Virus record (IMG/VR): IMGVR_UViG_3300022555_000009
Source of the DNA: a virus
DNA length: 64,000 bases
Direction: 5' to 3' (one strand)
The notes beneath the pieces were generated by a model. It was not told the DNA's origin. It saw only the letters and a list, made by a program, of their open reading frames with translations, and searched no databases. The position numbers and the translations under genes were made by a program. Shown one piece after another: positions 1 through 9,800 of this stretch (the stretch's first letter is position 1; every line of letters starts with the position of its first letter).

Positions 1-14
1 CTTTAGCATACAGA

Positions 15-2243
15 ATGCTACCGCATCTTCTTTTTAAGAGAGGATCTTATTTCTTAAAGTCAGTATATCCTACGGTAGCAGGATCATTGTATAGTGGTCA
101 ATCCTTCAAATATATTAATGGCGGAACGATTCCTAGAATTCTGCCTGGCACAGTGGACTCCATATACCCTACAAGCTCTACTATCTTTGGATGGCAAGAT
201 TTTAACATACTGCCTCCTAGTTATTATAAGTTCGATACGTTACATAAATTTGATGAGTGGGTAAATCCACCTACGAATACTGTTCATAGTAAATTCGATA
301 CTGGTTTACCTATTCTCGACGCCGGCAAAGGACTTTTGGTTGAGTTAACTTTGGACGAAATTTTAACGCACTATAATACTATAGCCACACATAGTTGTCT
401 GATGGATTTACCTTGGTTAACTACGCTCGGTAACTTGACAGAAACTGTTGCCAGAGCCTCTGATAGAATATCCATAGGATCTCAGTTGAATCTCGTAGCA
501 TTAAACACAGGTTACTACAATCAAGCTGGCGATAATGCAACTTATACTCACCCCAATATTCAGGCTAACTTTAGACAATTTAGAAGCAACTACTCTCCTT
601 CAAGCGCTTCGTATGTAAAAGTAGGTACGGGAACTCTCAGTTCCCCTACCCAGTATTCCTCTACATTGAAAGATAATTCAAGCCAGGGGAATAACGGAAC
701 TTTAGTGGGGATGTCATCTGCTTCTATAGTGCCCAGAGGAGCCAATGCCTGCCTATATAGCCCAGGAGGGAAAAAAGTTACGTTGCCTGCTGCTCTCAAT
801 AGAACCACGGCTTCTGCCTGGTCCGTGAGTATTTGGTTAAAAACAAACGCTTTAGGAAGCTTGCAATTCTTTCTCGGAGGAGCAGGAGACGGGTCTCATG
901 GGGCTCTCTTAATAGATGCCTCCGGAGTTTTAAAATTCAGAGCAACAGGGGGAACTTACGCAACTCTCGGACCTCCAGTCACGGCACTGACCTGGAATCA
1001 TGTTGTTGTGAATTGCGATGCAGCCGGGAATATGACGGGGTATTTAAATGGGACGCTTGGATCTACAGTCGCCGTAGGGACTACTGATACGATATTTACT
1101 ACACTATTTCAAGGATACCTCAGCGGCACACTATATGAATTCATAGGATACTTAGACGAATTTAGATTATACAACAGAGTTCTGACATCCGCTGAGATAA
1201 CTTCTCTGTATGCTATGTCTGACTTTACTTCGTCCGGAAATGGTCTCTTGGCGTGGTACTCAATGGATTTTGTCCCCACTGATATTGCAGCTCCAAAATT
1301 GAAGGCGGGTGTCGGCTCCTATGATACCTTTATAAACGGCCAGTTCTTAGGGATAACACCAGTAGTACATTCATTACAGTCAACTTTAGCCATAACATCC
1401 CCTGTAACTTTGAATCCCAATTATTTCATAGGAGATAAAACCACAACTCCTCCTCAGACTACTATAGATCTCAATGGAAAAAATTTGTCCCCAGGCACAC
1501 TGTCAGCAACTATAACCTTCAGCACGGGAACTACAACTCCAGGAAATATTATACCTCGAAGACTGGTGGTAGGAGAGAAACTCAACGTAGCTTTAAGCTT
1601 ATATGATCCTGTGATATCTTTATACGCTCAAACAGTTCCTCTTGTATCGGTGGCTTGGTCCTCTCCAACTGTATACAATGTTGGCGACGAAGTAGTATAT
1701 TCTCCCACAGGAGTTTACTATACCTGCCTCATATACCATACATCCGGAACCTTTGCAACAGATTTGACAACTCACAAGTACTGGACAGAGTCTACCTGGT
1801 GGCCAACTCCATTTAGAAATTTCACGGATTATATCCAGACAACTGCTGATTATACCTTACCTACAGAAAATTATATGCCATATATCTCTGGAGCAGGTCT
1901 AGATTTTCTTACGCTCTCAGGTAAATATGACTCTAATGGAAATAATCCGGTTGTGTACTTAGATAGAGCAAACGGTCTTTTGTATCTATCAATGCGTATC
2001 AGTTCTGACGGCGCTTTTCAAAATTTCGTCGCTATAGGTGGACCTAATTACGGAGACACATATCAATATAACGCCTCATTTTCATACTATTTAAATAGCA
2101 ATAATAAAGGACAACATGTGGCTTTGACTGAGATCGGCCTATTTGATGTAAATGACAACATGATGGCTTACGGAACCTTTCCACCTATCATATATGATTC
2201 TTATGTAAATCATTTATCCACGAATTTATTCTTGCAGATGTAA
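15..2243 (+). CDS. Baseplate/tail-fibre-associated structural protein with inserted LamG (ConA-like) domain; probably 5'-truncated by the window edge
   Basis: LamG signature (WSVSIW...WNHVVV...GYLDEFRLYNRVLTSAEI); C-terminal LTEIGLFD...MAYGTFPPI resembles phage tail-collar/baseplate termini; frame is open back to base 3. Confidence 0.65.
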   Translation: MLPHLLFKRGSYFLKSVYPTVAGSLYSGQSFKYINGGTIPRILPGTVDSIYPTSSTIFGWQDFNILPPSYYKFDTLHKFDEWVNPPTNTVHSKFDTGLPILDAGKGLLVELTLDEILTHYNTIATHSCLMDLPWLTTLGNLTETVARASDRISIGSQLNLVALNTGYYNQAGDNATYTHPNIQANFRQFRSNYSPSSASYVKVGTGTLSSPTQYSSTLKDNSSQGNNGTLVGMSSASIVPRGANACLYSPGGKKVTLPAALNRTTASAWSVSIWLKTNALGSLQFFLGGAGDGSHGALLIDASGVLKFRATGGTYATLGPPVTALTWNHVVVNCDAAGNMTGYLNGTLGSTVAVGTTDTIFTTLFQGYLSGTLYEFIGYLDEFRLYNRVLTSAEITSLYAMSDFTSSGNGLLAWYSMDFVPTDIAAPKLKAGVGSYDTFINGQFLGITPVVHSLQSTLAITSPVTLNPNYFIGDKTTTPPQTTIDLNGKNLSPGTLSATITFSTGTTTPGNIIPRRLVVGEKLNVALSLYDPVISLYAQTVPLVSVAWSSPTVYNVGDEVVYSPTGVYYTCLIYHTSGTFATDLTTHKYWTESTWWPTPFRNFTDYIQTTADYTLPTENYMPYISGAGLDFLTLSGKYDSNGNNPVVYLDRANGLLYLSMRISSDGAFQNFVAIGGPNYGDTYQYNASFSYYLNSNNKGQHVALTEIGLFDVNDNMMAYGTFPPIIYDSYVNHLSTNLFLQM

Positions 2244-2253
2244 AGGAACAAAG

Positions 2254-3894
2254 ATGCCCACATATACAACTAATCTAGGCTCTCAGCAAGTAACCATATC
2301 ATACCAGGAAGACATCACCGCTATAAATGCAAACCAATTATTCTTGGGTATGTCCCCGAAGGCAGATTCCTCTGGGCTTCCAAAATCTTTTGTACCAGCC
2401 TCAAGTATATCTGTGACAGTAGATACATCTAATATTAATGTCAGTATAAATGCTGGAACGACAATGATGTTCTTTAATACTGTCTCCTCCCAGCCCTTCT
2501 TGACAAAAGTATATCTCAATTCAACGGCCACTTTAACTTTATCTAAAACCAATTATCTAGGTCAAGGCCCAATGAATATTTCGTCGGCAATAAATATTCT
2601 TGCCGACTGGGGATACTCCTCGGTTGATTCTACTGCCCATTATGCGGGATTCAGTGCTGTAGATGATGCTACAGCCGTGACAAGCATTTTAGCCGGCCAA
2701 GTTCTTCTCGGTAGATTTTTGAATCAAGGCGCTATGGTAGCAGACTATGTGGCGAATGGAATATCAAGCACATTAAATGTTTACCGAGCAGACTATTCAA
2801 CAGTTGTCGGATTAAATACAGTAACTAATTCTAATGTTTCCCTACAGAATCTAAGGCCAGAGTTCAGAGGCGACGGAGCCGGGATTAATTTAACAGCCGG
2901 TAATCTCTGGATATCAGATACTGTATGCTATTGGGCAGCAACAGGCAATCAGAGTTACGCTACTTTAATACCCCCTCCTCCAAAACTGGGAGGAGCTGGA
3001 ACTTACCAAGTAGACTTACTCAGACTTTACCTGGATGAAACTTCCAGTACTTACTTTACCGCTGGGTGGTCTTCAAACGTAATTACCACAGGGAATACTT
3101 GGAACTTTGATTCTATGAATTTCTCTAGGGACGCTCTCATGTCATTTCTGAGCGGACAAGAGTTGAGTACATCCATAAGATATGGAATGATAGGAATAAC
3201 ACAATTCTCTGCTGTCGGTACAGCAATAACTGCAACCTCTGCCGCAGGATCAACATATACAGTAGGTGACTCTATTATATTGTCAGGATTCGTAGGCACA
3301 GAGCAGATCAAGCTTAATGGGCTATCTACGACTATTACTGCTGTCGGTACAGGAACATTTTCATTCGTAGCTGGATCTTCTCTGGCAACTAATACATACA
3401 CAACAGGAATGGGTGGATGCCTAAGATTGATGTCGGGTGGTACTATAGGAATAACTAATTACACCGTTTCTTCCACGGGAATCACAGTAACTGCTAATAC
3501 TCCTTCTAATGAAGTATCAGTAGGAGATGTAATTACTATATCAGGAGCAGTGGGAACAGAGCAGGCCAAACTAAATGGCGTATGGTCCGTAACCGCTACC
3601 GGAACTAATACTTTCACCTTCTTAGTTAATACTCAGGTGACCTCAGGAACCTACAACTCTGCTTTAGGTACTTGTGTTAAATCAGTTCCTCTTGTTTCTG
3701 GGCCAGGGTATACTGTTCTCGTCGAAGTGAGATCGTGTAACAGTAACCCGGGCTCGGGTGATTACTTCATACCTGGAGTATGGCCTCAGAATACTTATGC
3801 CCCTGAAACTTTTACGCCCCGCATAGGGGAAGTAGAGCGATTAGCTAAATTCAAACTGCCAGCATACGCCGGCATCACTACACAAGGAGCATAA
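2254..3894 (+). CDS. Virion structural protein with two tandem ~75-aa beta-rich modules
   Basis: Ser/Thr/Gly rich; repeated VGDxIxxSGxVGTEQxKLNG...TxxGTxTFxF. Confidence 0.55.
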   Translation: MPTYTTNLGSQQVTISYQEDITAINANQLFLGMSPKADSSGLPKSFVPASSISVTVDTSNINVSINAGTTMMFFNTVSSQPFLTKVYLNSTATLTLSKTNYLGQGPMNISSAINILADWGYSSVDSTAHYAGFSAVDDATAVTSILAGQVLLGRFLNQGAMVADYVANGISSTLNVYRADYSTVVGLNTVTNSNVSLQNLRPEFRGDGAGINLTAGNLWISDTVCYWAATGNQSYATLIPPPPKLGGAGTYQVDLLRLYLDETSSTYFTAGWSSNVITTGNTWNFDSMNFSRDALMSFLSGQELSTSIRYGMIGITQFSAVGTAITATSAAGSTYTVGDSIILSGFVGTEQIKLNGLSTTITAVGTGTFSFVAGSSLATNTYTTGMGGCLRLMSGGTIGITNYTVSSTGITVTANTPSNEVSVGDVITISGAVGTEQAKLNGVWSVTATGTNTFTFLVNTQVTSGTYNSALGTCVKSVPLVSGPGYTVLVEVRSCNSNPGSGDYFIPGVWPQNTYAPETFTPRIGEVERLAKFKLPAYAGITTQGA

Positions 3895-3900
3895 TTAATC

Positions 3901-4833
3901 ATGTCAAACCCCACTCCGATATGGAAATATACTTGGAACACGTCAGGATATGAGCCCGTAGCTGTAACTCTCAATACCCTAAACAATCAGATATCTGATG
4001 TTATAAAACTACCTCACTCCTTTTTTAAACAAGAAGGTTTCCAGGCATCGTACTTAACATCAGAGGGATTTTATGCTCCTTTGTCAGTGGGAGTGGAGGA
4101 TTCTTTATCTAGAGTAGATATTCTTTTATTCGGATTAGAGTCGGAATTATCTAGACTAGCGGGAGCCCAGATTTATTCTCGAATAAAACTTAATTCTCCT
4201 TTAGCTATAAACGCTAGCTTACAGATTTCCGTAGTGTATGTAGCAGACGCATTTGATCCCGCTGAATTTAATCAATCTCTAAACCAAGAAGCGAACGTTA
4301 CTCATAAATCATTAACGGTATCTGACAGAATTATGACTTCGGAAATGGTAGCCGATAGTGCAGAGGTAGACGAATTTATCGGAAGCTTCGGGAAAATAAA
4401 CGCCACAGAGATTAATTTCATAAGTGGTAAGGCCTCTTTCGCAGGAGCACAGTTCTCGGAAGAAGGATGTTCAATACCAGGTTCTAAGTGGTCTTTTGGT
4501 ACCATTAATTTACGAGCCAATCAGTACGGAAGATTGACAGTCGAAGACCCTAATAATCATATATTTAAACCTTACGTTACTCTAGAGGAGATGAAAGACA
4601 CTTCGTATATTCCTGTCGTTACAGCCAATAATCCTACTTCTTTGGCAGACAGTGGATTCATGTCGGTGGACTTGGATAATAAAAGAATATATGTAAACTC
4701 TATGCAAGTTAATCAAATTGTGTTGAGCGACGGAACATCTGGAATAGAGTTTACTAAAGCTTTACTAGTATCTCTTTTGGATAGAATAGCTTCTTTAGAA
4801 CAGAAAGTCTTAGCTCTAGAGTCTAAGCAATAA
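3901..4833 (+). CDS. Tail-fibre-associated protein with C-terminal coiled coil
   Basis: Position in fibre operon; ends LLDRIASLEQKVLALE. Confidence 0.45.
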   Translation: MSNPTPIWKYTWNTSGYEPVAVTLNTLNNQISDVIKLPHSFFKQEGFQASYLTSEGFYAPLSVGVEDSLSRVDILLFGLESELSRLAGAQIYSRIKLNSPLAINASLQISVVYVADAFDPAEFNQSLNQEANVTHKSLTVSDRIMTSEMVADSAEVDEFIGSFGKINATEINFISGKASFAGAQFSEEGCSIPGSKWSFGTINLRANQYGRLTVEDPNNHIFKPYVTLEEMKDTSYIPVVTANNPTSLADSGFMSVDLDNKRIYVNSMQVNQIVLSDGTSGIEFTKALLVSLLDRIASLEQKVLALESKQ

Positions 4834-4846
4834 AAAAGGATAGCGT

Positions 4847-6868
4847 ATGAGCTTATTATACTCCGACTTAAAAGTCCCAACATCCGCCTACAATCTAGAT
4901 ACTCCTACCACCTTAACCATAAGTGGTACTACAGTATCCAGAGCCACTATGGCAGGCACTGTAGCTTCTACTCCCCCTTTAACAGGGCAACAAATACACG
5001 ATAACTTTTTAGTTGTTGCCTATGGAGTCAAGGCCGTAGAAACTCGAGCCACTGCCTTGGAAGCTTTGGGGCAAGTAACAGGGGCGGCTGCAACTGGATA
5101 TTTAAAGTATAATGGCTTAGTGGATCTCGATGGAGCTATGTTCGGGGGATCTCCTTGGTCAGTCACAGGTTCAGTCGCTATAACTGGGGGCGCTCTTACT
5201 GTAGCTTCTGCTTTAAGTACCCAAGTTCAAGTGAACGGAGGTACTGTACTTGCCACCTTATACTTGCCTGCAGCTACGTACTCAAGTACGGCAAACTATA
5301 TTTCTAGTATATGGCTCAAAGGATCCTCAGTAAGCGTGACGGACGCCAATACCTTTACGATGACAGGAACTGTAAACTTATCTGGCGTAACAAAGACGGC
5401 CGGCTGGACTTTTACTGTATCTGTGAACGGCGGCGTTGCTACTACAGTGACTGTTACACTTTCGTCAGGCAGTGGAGCTACTAATATTGCCTCGGATATT
5501 CAATCGGCTATCACCGCCGCAGGAGCTGGAGTTAGTTCCTATCTATCGTGCGCTGCTTCAACAAACTTTATTAAGTTTACCGGTGCTGGAGGGGCGTATA
5601 CAGTATCTATAGCGGGTACTGGAACTATACAAACAGTTATCAATGGAATAGCCGGGCCTTGGAACCTCTGGGACTTATCCTCTAGAATAACATTCTCAAA
5701 TCCCTCAGCGAATTATGTGGCGATAAGCGGTTATGCTACGGTATCCTCTAACTTCATATTCACCAAGCCTGGCTCTAATGATTTGATGACAGCAATAGGT
5801 ACTGTGGCTGGAATGGGATTCGTAGGAAATGTCACGCCGACAATTTATCATACTGTGAGGCTTGTTTCCTCCTCCACGAATCTAAACTTCAAAGCTAACT
5901 TATACGCGCCTTCGATAACTACGAATACGCTAACAATATCTTCTTTGGCTATTACAGGCGGTCTCGCAGTAACCGGAAACGTTGTAGTAACAGGCGCAAT
6001 ATCTGCTACAACGGATATATCCGCTTCAGGCAACGTAACTGTAGGAGCATCTGTTTCTACTACTACACAGGTAACAGGATTATTTAAAGTCAAGTACCCC
6101 GGTTTCAACAATATTATTTCTGCAGACGCTTCTGGAAACTTAATTGTCGTAGATATATACGCAGCAGCAACGTATGGTTCCTTTATTGTTCAGCCTGGTT
6201 ACTGGGGAGCCTTACCTTCATTATCTGTAGACGCTGCCGGAACTTTGAATGTTGGAAGCATAGGTGGGGTACCTGCAATGACAGTAAATGGTGCTGGATT
6301 ACTGAAGACTAAAAATATTCAAGTCTTATCAGCTACTCCCTTAGCGGGAACTTCTTGCTTATTTCTCGCCACATCATACGCTGGTGCGGGATGGGCCGGG
6401 AGCTCTGATATCTTAGGATACTCTGGAGGTATTAAAGCAAATACCTTAGCTTCTGTATCTAACGCAACCTTCGGGGGCGTAACTACTCTTGGCGGTGGTT
6501 TAGTAGCGGCTACTCTTGGCACAGCTACTACTGGCACGACTCTCATTGTTGACGGCTCAGGAAATATTAGACCAACAAGTTCTGATATTCGATTAAAGAA
6601 GAATATACAGCCTATCAATTATGGGCTGAAAGACTTATTAAATATCCGCGGAGTAACCTTTAATTGGAAAGATCCTACTGAAGGGCAGGAAACTTTAAGG
6701 AACTTGGGTTTTATTGCTCAGGAAGTTAGAGAGATATTCCCTGAAGTAGTATTCGGAGATGAAAGTAAAGAGATGCTTTCTATTAACGCTACTTACCTCA
6801 TTCCCGTCATTGTCGAGGCAATAAAAACACTAAATAATAAGATTGAAGAGCTAAAAAGCCTTCAGTAA
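4847..6868 (+). CDS. Tail fibre with C-terminal peptidase S74 intramolecular chaperone
   Basis: SSDIRLKKNI...GFIAQEV...PEVV plus terminal coiled coil. Confidence 0.85.
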   Translation: MSLLYSDLKVPTSAYNLDTPTTLTISGTTVSRATMAGTVASTPPLTGQQIHDNFLVVAYGVKAVETRATALEALGQVTGAAATGYLKYNGLVDLDGAMFGGSPWSVTGSVAITGGALTVASALSTQVQVNGGTVLATLYLPAATYSSTANYISSIWLKGSSVSVTDANTFTMTGTVNLSGVTKTAGWTFTVSVNGGVATTVTVTLSSGSGATNIASDIQSAITAAGAGVSSYLSCAASTNFIKFTGAGGAYTVSIAGTGTIQTVINGIAGPWNLWDLSSRITFSNPSANYVAISGYATVSSNFIFTKPGSNDLMTAIGTVAGMGFVGNVTPTIYHTVRLVSSSTNLNFKANLYAPSITTNTLTISSLAITGGLAVTGNVVVTGAISATTDISASGNVTVGASVSTTTQVTGLFKVKYPGFNNIISADASGNLIVVDIYAAATYGSFIVQPGYWGALPSLSVDAAGTLNVGSIGGVPAMTVNGAGLLKTKNIQVLSATPLAGTSCLFLATSYAGAGWAGSSDILGYSGGIKANTLASVSNATFGGVTTLGGGLVAATLGTATTGTTLIVDGSGNIRPTSSDIRLKKNIQPINYGLKDLLNIRGVTFNWKDPTEGQETLRNLGFIAQEVREIFPEVVFGDESKEMLSINATYLIPVIVEAIKTLNNKIEELKSLQ

Positions 6869-6887
6869 GTAACACATCGGAGATATA

Positions 6888-9800
6888 ATGGCCTACGTTC
6901 CCGAAAACCAAGATGTCTGGTTAGATACTAACAGAGCTCATATGCGCTACAGATTAGGAAGTACCAATTATGGTATTACTCCTAACGTCTGGTATACTGT
7001 ATGCTCAAAAGCGGGCTCCTCTGTTGCAGCCGGAGACATTTTAAGCGTCATAGACCAGGGATGGGCAACTTCCCTGGGAAGCTCCACTTATGCTGGGCAA
7101 GTCTTGCAGACTGATAACACAGTAATTGGCGCCACTATAGGAGTGGCTCTTCACGCAGCTACTGCTGGACAGCCTGTTGAAGTTCAAACAAGCGGAATGT
7201 ATACCTGGCCTTCAGGAAAAGATACAGACTTAGGAACCTCCGATATAGGAAAAGTAGTTTATGTTCTCAATAATACTTCAACTACGAGCACGATCTTAGG
7301 ATTAACAACTGATAGAAATATTGCTGGAGCCGTGGGTGCCCCTATCATTCTCGGAAAGATTATAGCATGCACACCTTCAATGGCCGGACCACTTACTATC
7401 ATCCTAGATCCCACGGGAGACAGCAGAGCTGCTTCTAGTCTTTCTCAGGCTATCTACATCGCCGGAGAAGCTATAACAATAACTGCTGCACAGGGATTTC
7501 CTGTAGTTTCAGAAGATGCCACGGATGGTAAAATATACGTAGCCGATAGAAGAAAGTCTCCTATGTCTTTCTTTGTGTCTGCGACAGGAACTGTAGGCAC
7601 AATTTCTGGAGGTGGTCCTTGGACAGCAACTGTTTCAGGTTTAACTAACGTAACTAATATATCAATCGGCGCTACCCTTTCGGCTACAGCTGGAGTTGGT
7701 ACTCTTTATGGTGGATCTCCAACTTCAGTAGCTGTAACAGGATTTACTTCGACGTCAATAACTTACCAGGTAACAGGCGGAACCACTCCTACTGCAGGAA
7801 GTATCACCAATCTAACTGCCACCGACTATAAAAATCGACACAGAGTAGTAGGTTTCTGTATCGCGAACTCTACAGTTCCTCAAACCACATATCCTATTAC
7901 CATAACTGCAGGTCAGCAAGTCGTAGTTGAAAGACTAGGCCCTATTACCCTAGGAACAGGAATTACTCTCACCTCCGGAAAGCAGCTATACGTAGATACG
8001 CTAGGAGCCGTTGTTCAGGATGACTCAACTTTCTCTGCTACAGACTGGAGATTAATAGTAGGTATTGCTACTTCTCCCTTAGGAACAGCAACTACAAACC
8101 CAGGCACAGCTTTAGTTCAAATAGCTCCACCAGCGACACCCTTGCCTGACGCCGTTCCTGTGGGCACTGTACAGGCTATTGGAAATTATGGTTGGGCATA
8201 CGATTATGGTTTCTACCCTTGTATCACGAATGGTTCCGGAGGTTTAGTAGTAACGGGTTCAGGAGCTAATCAAGCGGGACAGCTATCTGCATATAATCCC
8301 GCAACAGTAGTAACTGCGCCAACCTCAAATCCCGCGGCTAACGGTACTTTTGATTTTACTACCTTATACCAAGCTATAAATACAACGTATGGAGGATATA
8401 CAGTTTGGTACGTAGCTGGAGCAGGCACTGCATCTGGGACCGTAAAGATCAACGGTGTAACCTACACGATGGCAGGCACAGAAAATTCTACCTCCCTAGT
8501 AGCAGCAAGAATCCAGTCTCAAATGGCATCTACGCAGGCAGGCTATGTTTGTTATAATCCCTCAACATTCTATGTAGCTATATCTAATGATAGCTCTCAT
8601 GCTCCTCCTCTTATCGACGCTTCCGGTTTAGTTAATTACACTGTGAATGCGACAACTGCTTCTACCAATGGAGGAGCTAACGCCGGCGTCAGCAATATTT
8701 GCTCTACTTTTAGTCTTCCAAGTCTTTACACAGTAAATCCCCACATTCAAATCAAGTACAAGAATTGGCAGTATCTACCTCTATCCAATGGAGCTCAATT
8801 AATAAAGACCACTCCTGTGGATTGGACACCATGGTCTAGTAACCCCGGACTGAATTGGACTAACACGTCATTACAGAATATTTTGACGAATACTACTTGG
8901 GCTAATACTCCTCCGAATGGTATTGAGGACCTTGTATTTTCTCTCTATGTCAGGAGCAACGCTACTCCAAGTAAAGTATGGAAAATAGAGCCTCTGCCTT
9001 CTTCTCATTATTCCGGCGGAGAAACTTTATACGGTTACCAGTGCTACATAGACACGTCAACCCAGTATCTCTATATTAACTTCATGCCCGGTGGATTGGC
9101 AATCTTTGACACCCCCGGCTCAGGACCAACTGTTATTCCTACGAATTCAACTTGGTCTTGGAAATTCGTCGTACAGAAGACAGACAGGTTCAATCGCTTT
9201 ATAGATTACTCTTCTGATGATAAGAATCTACAGGCTTGGAAAGTTCTATATGGCGACTCCTCTTCTTACTCAATCAATTATGATCCTCTTACGGCAGTAA
9301 CTGCAGGAAGATTCAATAGGCAGGTGTCAACAGCCCCTCTCATTGGAAATACTACTAGGTTAAATTACGAAGGTGACTTGTATGTTACTGATCTCGTAGT
9401 AACTAATAACGTAACTAACACAGGTGTCGCTAATGTTTCCGGCAAAGCAGATGGATCAGGATACAATAGAATTCGTGGTTCCTTGAATCTAAGAAACACT
9501 GCGGATGGCGCAGACGTAATTTATACTGACAATACTGGTAATCTTACTATGGTGGGAACTCTCACTGTAGGCGCGTCTGGCAATTCGTACATTAGAACAG
9601 CTCAAGCCGCAGGATCTTTGTTTGATACAGTTGCTACCACAATAAATATTGGTGGCGTTGTCGCAAGTACCACTCTTAATTTATTAGGATCTACTGCAAC
9701 TGGGGTCGTGAATGTAAATTCTACTTTAGATGCATCAAGCACAATTGCAGCTGGATTCGTAGTCAAGGGCGGAGTAGGTGTTGCAGGTAAGATGTACGTT

